Shown here: piece after piece, positions 11,117 to 24,700 of the stretch
Layout: every line of letters starts with the position of its first letter
How positions within the stretch are numbered: position 1 is the stretch's first letter
Assembly: GCA_905178155.1 (NCBI GenBank)
Contig: CAJINV010000004.1
Coordinates: 9,648,625-9,712,624, forward strand
Source: Amoebophrya sp. A120
Taxonomy: Eukaryota > Protista > Dinoflagellata
Direction: 5' to 3'
DNA: 64,000 nucleotides
Program-made: the position numbers and the translations under genes
Notes under the pieces: generated by a model
Seen by the model: only the letters and a program-made list of their open reading frames with translations
Database searches by the model: none
Told to the model about the DNA's origin: nothing

Positions 11117-13450
11117 TTGGCTTTTACTGGCCTTGAGAAACCAGCGAAGCAAGGAAAATGCGCGACAACTGCATCCTCTTCTTGCCCGGACAGTAGCGCG
11201 TACAATCCGGCGTCTTGGGTTATCACATCGGGCCGGGGGCGTGCGCCGACCCCTGCCTCTACTGCCAGTACCGGCGCCGCAGGAACCGTGACTAGTGCCG
11301 CTAGTCGTAGGAAACAAGCCAGGACCTCCTCCCATGGCGAAGCAGCTGCACCCAGCGCTACCATCGGAACAGCTGCCGCTCCTGTGCCTACCACGGCTCA
11401 TCGTGGTGCCGCAGCTTCGTCATCGTCGTCATCTTCCTCTTCGTCCGCTTCATCTAGCGCTGCCGGCGCACCACCTGCCACGGCAGCCCCTGCCCCCGGC
11501 CACGCCGAGATAGACGCTGCTCGCTTTCCCATCAGCGCAGCCTTTGCGAAAGAGCTGGAGAAAGAGCATTTGTTTGAAGATCGAGAACAAGATCTGCAGC
11601 TGAGCACGAACAATAAGCGGCCAGGTCGTGCTGGTGATCATGATGTTGCTAGTATTGCCCCTGCTGATGTAGCAGTAGCTGATTCGGGGATAAAGAATAG
11701 GAGTCTCCTCGGATCCACAGCGACGCTGTGGTCGGACGCAGATGATGCTGCGGGGAAGGATGACGCAACTGGTGCGGGTGCAAGTGGCAAGGAGCCGCCC
11801 AACGCCGTCGTTGCGGCGGAAGTGGAGGAAAATGCAGCTACTAGTTTGGAGCCGGGCAAAAAGCGCACCAGAACCGCGGCAGGTGTGTTCTTGTGTCCTT
11901 TACGCGAAGCGCTGTTTTCATCTTGTAAAAGCATTGAGAAAAAGCAGAATGTTGAGTGAGTTGCTTATACCAGTCTGATTTGGATGGAATTTTTGATCAA
12001 GTCAGCTGCGCAGACAGAGAAATTTCGATGTGCAATTAATATTTTGAGGTTGTGCAGAAGAGCCTGGTGTTCATCGTGTTGATCACGTGAACGGTGCGGG
12101 AAGCTCATCATCTTCCAGTTCCCGGAACCGAAACGAAGGCCACCTAGAATCGATGTCGAAAAGTCCGATCGGGTTCCAATTTCTGTGCACCTTCAGCGGG
12201 CAGGGCAGCGGTGATGACAGTCGGGACGGACCGCTCGCTATCGCGCGCCAGGCCGCCGGCGTTTTTCTTCCTGAAAAACAGGGTGATCCGGCGAAGGAGG
12301 CCGCAAAGGAAGCGATGAGGGCCTTCTTGCCACCAGCATCTCCATTAGCAGGGAGTCCCACGGAGGAGTATCGCGGAAAACTGCCGCAGTTTCACTTCAA
12401 AAGCTTTTGGGGAGACGACGTCGATGAGGCTACGAAATGCGGCAATTTTGAGCAGTTGGCGAAAGAGGGAAAGATCATACTACGGAGAGGTATGAAAGTG
12501 AAATATGATTCGTTCTTTCTTCACTTCGCTCGTTCTGTTACTGTTGTGATTCTTCGGCATTGAAATAGAGCTGCAGCATGGAACAATCATTTTCATTGTG
12601 ATTTGATATTGCAAGCAAGCAAACAGGATCAGGAAATGACGAGAAACTGCAAAAAACATTGCTATGTATACAGGCACCCGAATCGCGAACCCATTGACCA
12701 ATCGCGTGCCATCAACGGCCTGCTCGCCTCCTGCATCTGTCTTCCCTGTGCGTCCCGCTCTGCCAACCATCACCGACCCGAGAAATAAGCGACCAGCTAC
12801 TGGCCTTCCTGCTCTATTTGGCTCTGCGTCTTCATCTTCTTCTACCAACGCAGCGCTGCGGCCGAACGTGCAATGGAACGTCGGGACGATGATTGCGTGT
12901 GCAGATGAGAAAAAGCAGCGCGGCCATTCCGTCGGAGCAGCGGGGGCGGATGGACAAGCAAAGGAGCCTGGGACAAAGCGCACCAGAATCGAAGGTGCAT
13001 TTTTTGGCGCTTGTGGTTATTCTTATTTTTCGAGAAAGATAAACATAGGGATCAGGGGATCAATTCAGCGCAACCGAGATAATCAATTTACACACTGACT
13101 ACTTGCAGCTCGTCCGGGAAATAAAACGAGCGGCTCGGCCGGCTCGTCGTCTTCCAGTTCCCGTATCCACCATGACGGCACACGGCACGCCACCTCGACA
13201 AGACCACTTGGGTTCCAGTTCCAGTTCACTGTCGCAGCGCAGGACAAGGGCGTTTTTAAAAGCAGGAGCAGCGGCACGCTTGCTGCTGCGCGCCAGGCCG
13301 CCACCATCTTCGCTTCTAGAAAAAATGATGATCCGATACGCGCGGCGGCAAAAGAAGCGACGAAGGCCTTCTTGCGAACAGCACCTGCCGGAACTTCCAC
13401 GGAAGAGGAAGGTGGTCGTGAGGCGGATGTCTAAGTGCAAGTTCATCGTG
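11117..13450 (+). CDS. Probable multi-exon hypothetical gene(s), Ser/Ala-rich, with an internally duplicated module and GT-type introns
   Basis: Paralogous segments PIGFQFLCTFSGQ..LAIARQAAGVF..AAKEAMRAFL (about 12160-12330) and PLGFQFQFTVAAQ..LAAARQAATIF..AAKEATKAFL (about 13200-13375). Each is preceded by a PGxKRTR..GGTG donor-like end (about 11880 and 12995). Confidence 0.45.
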
Positions 13451-15177
13451 ATGAAAGCGTCTTGTCAGAGCAGCGGCACTGCGAGCCGCTCTGTCTCGTC
13501 CGCATTGGGATATAGCAGCAATGCAAGTTGAACTGAAACTCGCTGCAGCTGTACAATACATCTCGTGCGGCGTTGATGTGTACAACCCAGAACAAGCGGC
13601 GGTGCATTTTACGGAAAGGGCTTTTTCTATCAGAAAAGATTCAGATTTTGCAATTTATTTTACTGTGATATTTATTGCAGCTGTTCATGAAATGGACTAG
13701 GTGTAGGTTTACTTCGTGGAAACCACAACATACCGTTGGGCGTGCATCCGAGACACAGTCTTTGTGAAAGTGAATTTCGATCGCAACACAATTTTCGCAG
13801 AAGATTATGCCTGTACGATACTCTGAAACTGAATGTGTCCTTCTTGTACATCTGTGCAATTTGAAGACGGACTTCTATGACGAATGAAGCCAATAGTTTT
13901 CTACCGATTTTCGAAGTGAAGCTGACCTAATTTAGCTCATGTTTCCGTTTGCAAGATATTCAACCTGTTGAAATGGAATGCACAGTCACATTATTTGTGA
14001 ACTTCAACTAAAACTTCTAGAGATATTATGCAGAAGATTTTTGAAGAATATTTCGCAGAAGATCATTTTTGCAAAATTTTGCGCGTGTCAATGCCGGAAA
14101 TTTCTTTCGAAACAAACTTTGTGGTCGCAGCAAAAAGAAGTGTGTGCTAGCTTTCTAGCTTGTTCTTCGCGTATCAGCATTCTTTTCGTGGTGTTGACAC
14201 ACCGGAGCAACATCTTATCAAATCCTGTAATAATCGCAATAATCGAAGACGGCCTTCCCGACCCTGCGCCTGGCCGAGCGCACAACACACAGCAACCGGG
14301 TCGGGATCTCACGAAGCAGTACACTCCGGATGCGACCCTGGAGTAAGGGCGCCGAAACGAAGAGCCTCGCGCAGTTAGTCCCTGCGCGCGCGAGGACTGA
14401 CAGATCGAGTCTCCTCTCATTTTGACTCCTCTGTTGAACAAATAGGGTTGTAGTCTCGCGAGTTTCCCTCGTGAATAAATTGTAAATTGTAAACTGTGGT
14501 GTTGTCGTCGGGCCTCCTCCGCGAACAACACCCGCCCCCGGAAAACATGGCGGGTCCGTCTCCTTGGTGGGAGGGGTATCATTCGCCTCTCAATCTGTTG
14601 CCCGCTGCTCGGTTTGCGAACAGGGCGTGATTTATTTGTCCGCCCGCGGCACCAAAGATGATGCTCTTCGCGGCATGTAACTTGCCGCAAAGAGTAGAGA
14701 GAGAGCCCGCCAGCCGGGGCGCCATCGGAAAGCTTGTCTTTCGCCGAACCTGTACCGTACACCATCTACTACAGACTTCCGTATATGAAACGCGAAAGAA
14801 TAAGAAAACACTTGTCGTCGCCTCGTTTTTCGTTGATGTAGTTACAACCGATCATGTGTGGCCGCGAGGGACGTAAATGAGAGAGCAATTATGGTGACTG
14901 AGTGGGCAATCGAAACGGGTCGTGTTTTAAGCAGTTCTTTCAATGCAACGCTATTGCAACGAAAAGCCGTTGCTTTGGTGCAGTTTGGCTTTCCTGCAAG
15001 ATACCGTCACTCGTCTGTGTTTTCGAAATAGGATCGTGCGAAGTGGTGGAAGTGATTTTACGAAGACGTTTTGAAAGCAAGAGGTTGAAGAGGCTCTAAT
15101 CGCAATCGGGTGTAGTCAATCGCACTACGTGTTGTAATTAGCTCGGTTTTTTGCACCATCGTGGAGTAAGACGAAAC

Positions 15178-16234
15178 ATGTCGTTTTTCGGGATTTTCTC
15201 GTACCCCTCTCCCGCGGAGGGAGAGGGATACGTGCCGGCCATCAAAGCTACCCCGGACGAAGACGATGGCTTCGCTGTCGTAACCGGAACCCGAACGGCC
15301 AGCATGAAGCGAGCGCCGGGAATTTCGCACGAGGGAGCCAGCCGAGCGGGCATTTTCATCTCCACCCTTCGCAAAGAAACCGAGAACAACATTGACGTTC
15401 TGAAGAAGGAGCACTTGGAAATCGACGCTGAAGAGGAACGGAAGGCAGCTCAGCACGCTTCTTTGAAAGCTGCAAAAAAGCAGAAGCTCGAAGCTGCGAT
15501 CGACGCCTTGAAGGCCGAGCACAACGAGGAAGAATCGGCGGACGATCGAGCCTTCAACGAGGAGATGAAAGAGATTCACGCGAACAAAAAGAAGGTTGCC
15601 GACAAGGTAAGTAAGTAGGCTTTTTTTCATGATAAATTGTCATATACTGCTCCAACACCGAACCTAGCTGTGGCTCTGGCGTCGGGCGGCGTGTTGTGGA
15701 GACAGCAAAATATCCCATCTGCGGAGCCCGGACTAGAAATAAAGTACTTAAAATGGTGTACTTAAGCAGTACGTAAGTTACTAGATCTGGTTGTGGATGG
15801 ATTTTTCTGTTTCTTCATTATCAATTACAAAACTTGAAACTCAATAAACTTTACAGATTTCTTGGGAAAAAGAGGAGCGCGAGATCTTGCAGGACTGCAT
15901 GCAAGCTGTTGACAAGGTCGCGAAGATCGATAAACCCTTCGCACTGGTCGACAACGAACACTTCACCGCTGAGGATCTCGCATCTCTGCAGACCGAGCTT
16001 CCCTCGTCGAGTGCTGCGTCGTCCGCATCGTCGCCGAGCGTGGCCCCGGCTGGGGCTGAGGGCTCAACCACGTCCGCTTTGACCCCGGGTGTCGAATCGG
16101 GTGAGATTGAAATGCAAGTGGACATCATTGTCTCGAGCTCTTCCTCTTCCACCTCGATTGCTGCAGCTGCTGCGTCGGACCAATCGATGACCGGGGAAAA
16201 TTTGAATTCCAAGAATGGGGCCGGTAGTTCGTAG
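15178..16234 (+). CDS. Two-exon hypothetical coiled-coil protein (15178-15606, 15857-16234) with a canonical GT-AG intron
   Basis: AAG|GTAAGT donor at 15607 and TTTACAG| acceptor at 15856 join the two ORFs in frame. Confidence 0.6.
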
Positions 16235-18317
16235 CTGATCATGATAGCGTTTTGTTGTGCGTGATTGTACTTTGGTGCACTACTGTGACTGTCGAATTCA
16301 ACGAATTCCACTTTCGATTTTCATTTTCAAGATTGATGAGAAGCCCTGCCAGCACGGAAAGAAAAATGTTTTTCAGGTGTTTCTTCGGCGATGTCCTCGT
16401 CCAGTACGTTTTCTGCCGCATCGGTGTTCGCCGGTTCAAGTGATGCGACGCGGGCGTTTGCGTTTCCGCGGCCTGCGGTGGAGGAGATTACGGAAAAGAA
16501 CGACTCGCACTAGTACTGCGGATGCCGTGTCGACATGATGACCACCTTCAGGTATTTCTTACACATTGTTTCTGTGCAACATACTTAAATGAGGTGCTAC
16601 TTTCTTCATGATGATCATGGGCATGCGGTTTTTATGGAGGAAAGATCAAGGACAGCGAGTCAACTACTTTGTCACAATTCCGCAGGTGGCGTACTCTCTC
16701 ATCACTTCAAGCTCTAGTTTTTCGATCTCATGGACCACTACGCCAAGTTGATGCTACTGTCTGAGAAAGAATCTCAAGAAGCCGGATTGATGCTACTGTT
16801 GGTGTGCCAGCGCCCACGATTACTATGTATTAGTCGGAGTAATGACACAACTCTTACTCGCTTTCGTATCGCTTTCCTTTGCAAGAACATACGCCGGTCA
16901 CAAATGTATCATCAAAATTGTTTTGTTAGTGCAAGAAGCTACTTCTAATTAAGGTTAGGACAGTCGGTCGCAGTATTTTGTCAAATCAGTGAACGTGGTC
17001 GCTATCGTAACAGATTTATTCATTCATCAAGTACGTACTAGGTTTTTACAGAGTTTCGCACTATAGACGAGAACCAATGTGACTTTCACTTTTCAATGAG
17101 CAACAGCCGCCGTTTTACCGAATTCGCATGCAAATTCAAATTGCAATAGCAACATCTTCAAGAATAAAGAGGTATATGAAAGAACGGAGCTTCTGTTTGT
17201 TGACGTCTGGATTTAGATTTTCTCCTTGACTTTTCGAATGAAAATTAAACAATATCGAATTTTCATCACGATGAAATTAAAAATCAAAATCTAGTCGCAG
17301 ACATTTTATGTAGCGTTCATACCTGAGCTTTTGATTTGCGTATCCCGCGTCGCAAGTGCTCGTGTTGAAGAAAGGTAAGTACACAAGACGCTAGTTGCAG
17401 CAGCCAAAGCATCTCATTCCCATTGCCCTCACCTTGTTGAGTATTGTGCGAAAATTGAGCAACATTGCCCATTCCAAAACCTAGAATAGCAATGTTGTCT
17501 AGCGGTGTCCTAGATGCAAGTGCGAGGCAAACGTGAAGATCGGACCTATTTTTATACTCCCACTTTATGATATGCAAGTTCAGATCAGGACTCAAACTCA
17601 ATCTCAAACTGAAAGTCTGCGAAAACGAGTTGGTACGTGAATCCCCTGAAGAATTTGCGTGGGCAGTTTTGTTCCAGTCGAAGTTTCGTTTTGATAAAAT
17701 CGATTTGAAAATTGCTCCGTTGCGTTTCGTTCAGACAGCTCCGGCTCGGTGGTCAACGTCATACTTAATCAAACGGGCACCAAACTACACTTGGTGGCCC
17801 AGTAGTTTGTTTCGCACTAGAAATTTCAAGCTTGTCGTGATGAGTCAAAGATAATAAAATTACCATCGAAGGAGAAGCCTCAGATTGAGTGATTGTTTAA
17901 AGAAAGCTCGGAGGAAACACCTGCTGTGTTTGACTTTCTATAGCCTGACCTCCTTGGTGACCCGCCTTCTTCATCAGGATCGAAAACTCGTGGTGTAGTA
18001 GTTACTCTCGTGGGACGTTGGAAGGGTCTATGTGGAGAAGGAGTGTCCTTTGGGAGACAGAGGCTTCGTATTCGTATTTGGAAATCGAGCAAAACGTCTT
18101 TTCTTCACGTCTGTTCGGGTTCATGCGTCGAAGTCTTCTAAAGATGACCAATGAAAAGTGTGGTCGTGTTGTACTTGTACTACGTATACCGTGTGTCGTA
18201 GTCGTCGTCAATTCATCGTCATCGGCATCCGTCATAATCAATGTTGAAGGCCGAAAAGATTTGACCCCTCAAGGTAATATAAATATAGAAGTCAGTAGGT
18301 AGTCTCATTACAATGAA

Positions 18318-19898
18318 TTGTGTGAGAAGATAAGTGAAAGTGTAAGTCGTATTTGCTTCGATGCTTGGATCAAAATTTGGATGGAACACAGCAGTAAATG
18401 TGTATCCTCCACATTGGCTCGAAAAGGACACGGATCTACTAACGGACAACTAATGGCAGTAGCGATGATGGCGATCGACGCAAGTTCGACCACCCGCGCC
18501 TCACACGACTACTCCTGGATCATCCGTTCGCATCCTACTGACGATCACGCAACCGACAACGACCCGGAGATTCCAGTGTCTTTAGTACTAATCCCGAAGC
18601 TGAAAGCTGGCGAGCTTGCAGCTGTACTGCAAGCCGAAGAGCCCGCGCGACGCTTCGTCTACAAGGTTGTCACGACGCTAGGAACAGCGAAGCAGATTCA
18701 CCAACAGGGGATCCTCCAATACCGCAGGATTCAACACCTGATAGGGTGGCTGCTGCACGGTGTGACACTCGGGGAAGAAGTCAAGGAGTGGCACCAGAAA
18801 CAGCACGAGGTTCGCGTCGTCGAAGAACTTAACAAACGACGAGGTGCGAAAAAAGTCGTCGTCGACTTCCCCATGGTGAAGTCATTCCAGAAGGGTGCAT
18901 TTTTTGGCATGGAACGCGTCGCGCCGCTGAAAGACGCGACCCGCGCAGACCTCAATGACATGGCTTCTGTGTTGGATAAGATGAACCTCGTCGGGGTGTG
19001 GCATGGCGATGTCAAACCGGACAACTTTGGCAGGACCGCGGATGGAAAGCTCAAGGCTTTTGACATCGATCATGGCTCGTGCACCAGCCTGCGAGCGTAC
19101 GTGAGGGAAGACCAGGTGACTAAGTTTCTGACGGAAGCGCTGCTCCTCGGGAAGGGTTCCGGGAGCGAACTCGCAGACGAGAGCCGTTGCTGGCCGATCG
19201 TCGACAGGTGGCAGTTTCTAGTTACGGTCACAAAAACGCTTGGGACGCCGGCTCCGCCAGCAAACAGAGCCACCTACCAACGGCTCTTCCGGAACTCCTG
19301 TTGTGATCTCGTCTTGGAGGAGGTTGAAAAGTCCAAATCCCTGGAAGAAACGGTGAACAAGAGCAGTACCAGCAACAGTGGCAGTGGAAGGATAAACGAG
19401 GAAACAGCAGACGATGAAAGCTTACCGGGACCCTTGTCCAAGCGGAAGAAGCTGAGCAAAGAACAGGAGGAACCTGAAACCACCGCAGCTGTTGCCACAC
19501 TGCCAAAAGCGGTTGATGGCGCGAAGATTGCCGACCAGCGAGGGGGGAGGGCGCAGTTGACCAAGCCTGCATCGACCGTCGCAGCTGCAGTAGCAAATAT
19601 GAAGGAGAAGAAAAGCGCTTCCGCGAGTTCCAGTTCTTCTGCGTTCATCTTTGAAAAGCCCGCACCGCGATTGCCATTCGAGAAGGATGAGGACAGGGGT
19701 GTCGAAGAACTGGCGAAGTCGAGACAAGTTGTAGGCGATGTCCGAGAGGACGAAAATACTTTCGCCCCCGACCCGGCGCTCCGCCAGCTCGAGACACGGA
19801 AGAAAAGCAGTGGCAACGCGGTCGCGCCGGATGACGCGCTCGATATTGCGCAGGCACCAGACCTAAAAATGGTATTTGTTTGTGTAGTGTTTAACTAG
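18318..19898 (+). CDS. Atypical protein kinase-like protein; probably continues in further exons to about 20.8 kb
   Basis: Catalytic loop VWHGDVKPDNF followed by KAFDIDHG (DFG replaced by DID); low-complexity C-terminal half. True start codon uncertain. Confidence 0.7.
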   Translation: MCEKISESVSRICFDAWIKIWMEHSSKCVSSTLARKGHGSTNGQLMAVAMMAIDASSTTRASHDYSWIIRSHPTDDHATDNDPEIPVSLVLIPKLKAGELAAVLQAEEPARRFVYKVVTTLGTAKQIHQQGILQYRRIQHLIGWLLHGVTLGEEVKEWHQKQHEVRVVEELNKRRGAKKVVVDFPMVKSFQKGAFFGMERVAPLKDATRADLNDMASVLDKMNLVGVWHGDVKPDNFGRTADGKLKAFDIDHGSCTSLRAYVREDQVTKFLTEALLLGKGSGSELADESRCWPIVDRWQFLVTVTKTLGTPAPPANRATYQRLFRNSCCDLVLEEVEKSKSLEETVNKSSTSNSGSGRINEETADDESLPGPLSKRKKLSKEQEEPETTAAVATLPKAVDGAKIADQRGGRAQLTKPASTVAAAVANMKEKKSASASSSSSAFIFEKPAPRLPFEKDEDRGVEELAKSRQVVGDVREDENTFAPDPALRQLETRKKSSGNAVAPDDALDIAQAPDLKMVFVCVVFN

Positions 19899-21588
19899 TG
19901 ATACTGATATTGGTTCGCCCGCATGCATGGCGTCATCTGTTTGTCGAAGAGCGCAGTCCTAGAAAAACGAATACGACCTGCATTTAGCATATTACAACCA
20001 GCATGCAACTGCTGGAACTGAATCTTTCTCTTGTAAAAACCAGCCACCTGCGGGTACACCCGTACCAATACCAGCAGCTGCGGGCGCCGGCGATGACGAG
20101 GTAACGAGCAGGAAAGCGAAAGGAGTTCTTCCGGCGGAAGCTGTGATGGATGCCTTTGGGAAGAACAAAGCCTTGCAGTCGAAAGGCGGCAACGGCTCAC
20201 CAGCAAAGGCAGAACATGGTCAGCAAGGGCAGGTGGTGCAGGAAACTGATGCGCAGAACGCGGAGCGGCTGCACAAAGAGCGTGTCGCATCCGTCAGGTA
20301 AGTAACAAATCGCATCAATCCCGATATCTGCGAATTTGAGTTTCAGGGCATCGCCTTTCTCCTCCACCAACAACTGATACCCTTTCCCGTCTGTTTGTAT
20401 TCGCAATGCCTGTGCCCATGGCCATGAAAAAAACTAAAACTACAAACTCGTGGTCCATTCGTTCACGAATTCGAACCCTCAGTTGCTACTTCACAAAAAG
20501 ACTATACGCAAATACATCATCTGATCAGGAGAAAAGCAGCACAAGAGCGGCATGCGAGGGCCAAGGCACAGAAAGAAGAGGAGGAACGAGTTCGGGCCCG
20601 CAATCGCGCGAACGGGGCACGGGGCTTAGCAGCACAAAAGAATCGGCGCGGCCGCAAGGCTGGGCCGGGAGGGGCCGACGGCGCGGTCGAAGCAGCAGGG
20701 CCGGAAAATGCTGCAGCCGCACCGCAGCAAGCACAGCTGCAGAAAGATGGTGAAGAAAACAAGGATGCAAAGGGTCATGATCTGAGTTGATTGATTTTGA
20801 TAGATTTCGTTTGAGCTTGACATGGCCTTACAGAGCAGCCCCCTGTAGCTCCGAATATACTATTTCTATGTAAATATGTTGGTGTTGTATGATCTACTTG
20901 CTCGTCGAGTACGAGTATGGCCACCAACTTCTCCAGGAAGACCAATGCTACACGTACACGAGGCCTAGTGATACTGACTAGTGCTTCTAGGTTTCTTGTT
21001 TAAAAGATTTCAAATTATATATTGTATGATATGATGCTTCGTATGCGCAAACCAATGATGTGCCACGACGGGGAATGAAATCAATAATAAAAGTGGTGCA
21101 GGAAGAAACTATTCATGTAGGTATGGGTATTTCTTCAATCGATCCATGTGATGTCGATCACTGACTGTATTTACAGACTTGTACCTGTGATAAACCAGTA
21201 TGTCGCGACTGACATCAATCTGCGGTAGCAGGTGGCCTGCTCCATCGACAAGTTCAGCCTACCGCGTTCTTGAAGTCGTTGTGCACATCATGAATAAAGT
21301 GTCGGGCAGTTGTAGCAGCAGCTCTTCGTGCTCTTCGTTTGTTCTTAATACCATTCTCGGATCGTACGGCTCATAAAGAGTTCCAGGAGTCCCCGTCACG
21401 ACTTCGGTAGCGAAAGCACGCCACACGACCTGGTGAGTTCTCGCTTGGTGGCCCCTTCATGACCATGAGCAAAGAAGTTTCCAATGGTCCTCGACCTCGC
21501 TTGAGTTTCCGGAAAATTGACTGATTTGCGCGACGACTCTACACGCAGGTTCCCGCGAAGTGGCGAAAACGAGGCAATGCTCGATATT

Positions 21589-21644
21589 TTCTGCAAAATT
21601 CTCGCCACTTCCGGTTCAGCCAAAGTGGCGAGAATTTTGCAGAA
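21589..21644. repeat. 22-bp perfect inverted repeat (hairpin) at a contig end, repeated at 31398-31453
   Basis: TTCTGCAAAATTCTCGCCACTT ... AAGTGGCGAGAATTTTGCAGAA. Confidence 0.9.
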
Positions 21645-21744
21645 NNNNNNNNNNNNNNNNNNNNNNNNNNNNNNNNNNNNNNNNNNNNNNNNNNNNNNNN
21701 NNNNNNNNNNNNNNNNNNNNNNNNNNNNNNNNNNNNNNNNNNNN
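21645..21744. other. Assembly gap (100 N)
   Basis: Run of N; a single N also occurs at 31385. Confidence 1.
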
Positions 21745-24700
21745 AGAAGCGACCTCCTCCGAACTATCGGCAGACAAGGGAACACGGCCGTGCTTGGCTA
21801 AACACGATAATGACACGGAAGTGAAAGAACACTACCATGTACACGACGTACCGGCCAGGTGGAACGGAATTCGAAGGGGATGAAAGTTGCATCGGGGGAA
21901 AAGGGTCATGTGGGGGTCGAGGATGTCGTGTTTCCTGTGACGCGACAGGCTATGCCGCCGGGGGCGTGCTTCTATGGGGTGCAACCACAGGAGCGGATGA
22001 CTACGCTACAGATTTCATCGGGAGCAGGATATGCAATGGAATTCCTCTTCCTGGCCAAAGGCCGGGGGGCAGGTACTGTTCTTTTTCCAAATATTGATGG
22101 GCATTCTGGTACTCCTTCGATCGTTGGCGTTGCGGTGCTGGGGGGTTAGGGATTAGCTACTTGTACTTATAGCATTAGGAGCAATAACAATAAATAAGTA
22201 AAAACAATATCCTATGAAACGGGATGGGGCTTAATACACGTGGAAGGAACCTGGAAGCACAACCACGATGTACAACGACTGTGGAAAACATTAAAGTAAG
22301 TATTGCTAAAGGCAAGGGGATGAAAAGATGAAAAATTATAAGAGTTTGCTACGCATACGCCAATGCGTTCTTTAAACGAATACTGAAACTCTACCTTCTA
22401 CAGCATTGCTTTTATATTTTTTTTTTTTGGATTTTATGCCGAAGAAGGTCAAGGCTTCGCGTCCGCCTATCATGTTGTAGACATGCATGCAATCGGGAAG
22501 GGGGTTTTCTTAAATCTTCGAGTCAAGCAAGACTGAGTTAAAACAGAGTCGAAACACGCAGCGTGCTCCCTCCAACATCTGTTTGGAAGGTGTCTACTTT
22601 CCGTTGGTTTATAGCTTTTCAAATCTGCTTTTCGATCGGTGGGGAAACTTTGACTTTGCACTTTATGATGTGACGATGAAAAAAAACCTAGACGCTCCTA
22701 CAAAAACAAATTCATATTCAAGCAAAGTGAAAGACCATAATCATGAGAACGGAAAGCCACACAGAGTTATTCTGCGCTACTGTGGGCGAAGACAACATAT
22801 TCGCGACGTTGCCTGAAATTTGGCTACAGTACTGAAAATCTTCAAAGCTGGCTGATATTGTTACTTTAACTTTTGGTTTTGTGTTTTGTACTACGTATAA
22901 CTTTTTTGAAGTACTTCTACTTTTGTGATAAAGGTTTTGGTACTTTTTCGAATATAAACGTACTTGTTGTTGATCAACGTCAACCAGAATAAACCGAAAA
23001 AAAAAAGAACGAAAGTACGAGACTCAAGCGCTATCCTTGCACAGATCCGGGCACATCAGACATCTGGCCAAGAAATCGACATCCTCTTGAAGCATCAGAG
23101 TGATGGCCGCGTAATTGGCACTGCTCGACGACTCTTCGGCTTTGAAAAGGGCAGATGTATGACCAAAAGAAGAATATGTAGTCAACTTGTTATCTTCGTT
23201 TGAAGGGCACTTCTTTTCGTCCTTCTGCTTCTTGAACTTGATGCAGGTTGTTGTCTTCTGAAGACCTCCACCCACGGGCCACGGCCACATGTTTCCCGTT
23301 TCGCGCATCGGCCCTGTATGTAATATGAAGTAGCAAACCTCCTATAATGTAAATGTATGGCTAGTATGGGAGGACATAATGAAACAAAAAAACGGCCCGC
23401 GGGCTGCGAGGAAAAAAGGGTCAGCGGCCTCCGTCTTAGCCTAGGAGTGCCGCTGTTGCTCGGGATCGATTGGCCTTCACCTGCCGGCCCCTACTTCGCA
23501 CGACAAGTCTTCAACTTTCTTGAAGCGGCAATCTCTTCCCGGGTTCGCAAAAGCGGCGACTCTTCTCTCAGATTCCAGCCCGTGGGCAAAGAAGTTAAAT
23601 TCCTTATGCGGTTTGGGGGCCATCGGAGTCGAGATTCTCAACAACTTTGGGCCCGGGTCGAGATTCTCGACTCCGACTACCCGCAGCGGCTTCGCCCGCA
23701 AGCCCGACGCAATGCGGGCGCACCGCTCTGGCGCGCCACCCACACTCCCTCGCTGGGGTTTCTGAATGCAATAAACCGATCAGTTTTTTGCTGTTTTTTG
23801 CCGTTTCGGGGGCGCCTGGAATATAAGGTGAGTACAAACAGAAACAAACCTTTGACTACTTAGTTATGTACCGCCCTGAGTCAGATGATCAGAATTTTAC
23901 ATTTAGCATAGCATAAGCATAACATGGGGCACTTTGGCGTGTCGGAAATTTAGGAGTGCTCGGCTGCGGGCGGGGCTTTAAGAGTGCTCGGAACTTTAGG
24001 AGTGTCGCAACTTTAAAAGTGGAGAGCTTGACGGCTCGGCTCGGCTGCGGGCGGAGGGTGGTGGCGTTCCAGAACGTCAAGAGTACAGCTGGAGCTTTCA
24101 TGAGCTAAAAGTTGACCACGCTTATTGCACTAGTAGAGGCGGCTATCGATGAACCTGCGCCCCTCCATCCAGGCGTTCCAGAACTTTAGGTGTGCAGCTG
24201 GAGGAGCTATTCATGAGCTAATTCTTGAGCACGCGTACTAAATTCTAGTAGAGGTACTACTTACCGGGTTGGCCTACATCCGTTGCAAATATCCCACCCT
24301 CCATCAGGGGGGACATATATTGACAGACGCTCGCAGCGTCAGCCTTGCCATTCACCTCCAGAAAGCCCGACGTTTCATTATGGCCCGCTCAGGCGTTACA
24401 CTCTCGCCTATTCCAATACTTCAAAGAGCCTCAACCTTTGCAAAACACTGAATTTCTTTTATACAGCCGGGACGCCGTTGGGTTGCTCGACGTATTTGGT
24501 AATCCGCTTAGTACGGGATTGGTGTAGTGCTAGTTTTGCAAAAAAAAAAGCCGTTAAGCGTAATAATAATGCTTCTCAACATCTCTTTCTGTGCTCCGGT
24601 GATTGCAACGTCATAAACTCTGACTCTGACGGTAACGCCTGACAATGTGACACCTGGGCGGGCCATACTCACTTCCGGTCCACGAATGCGTGCGCGACGT

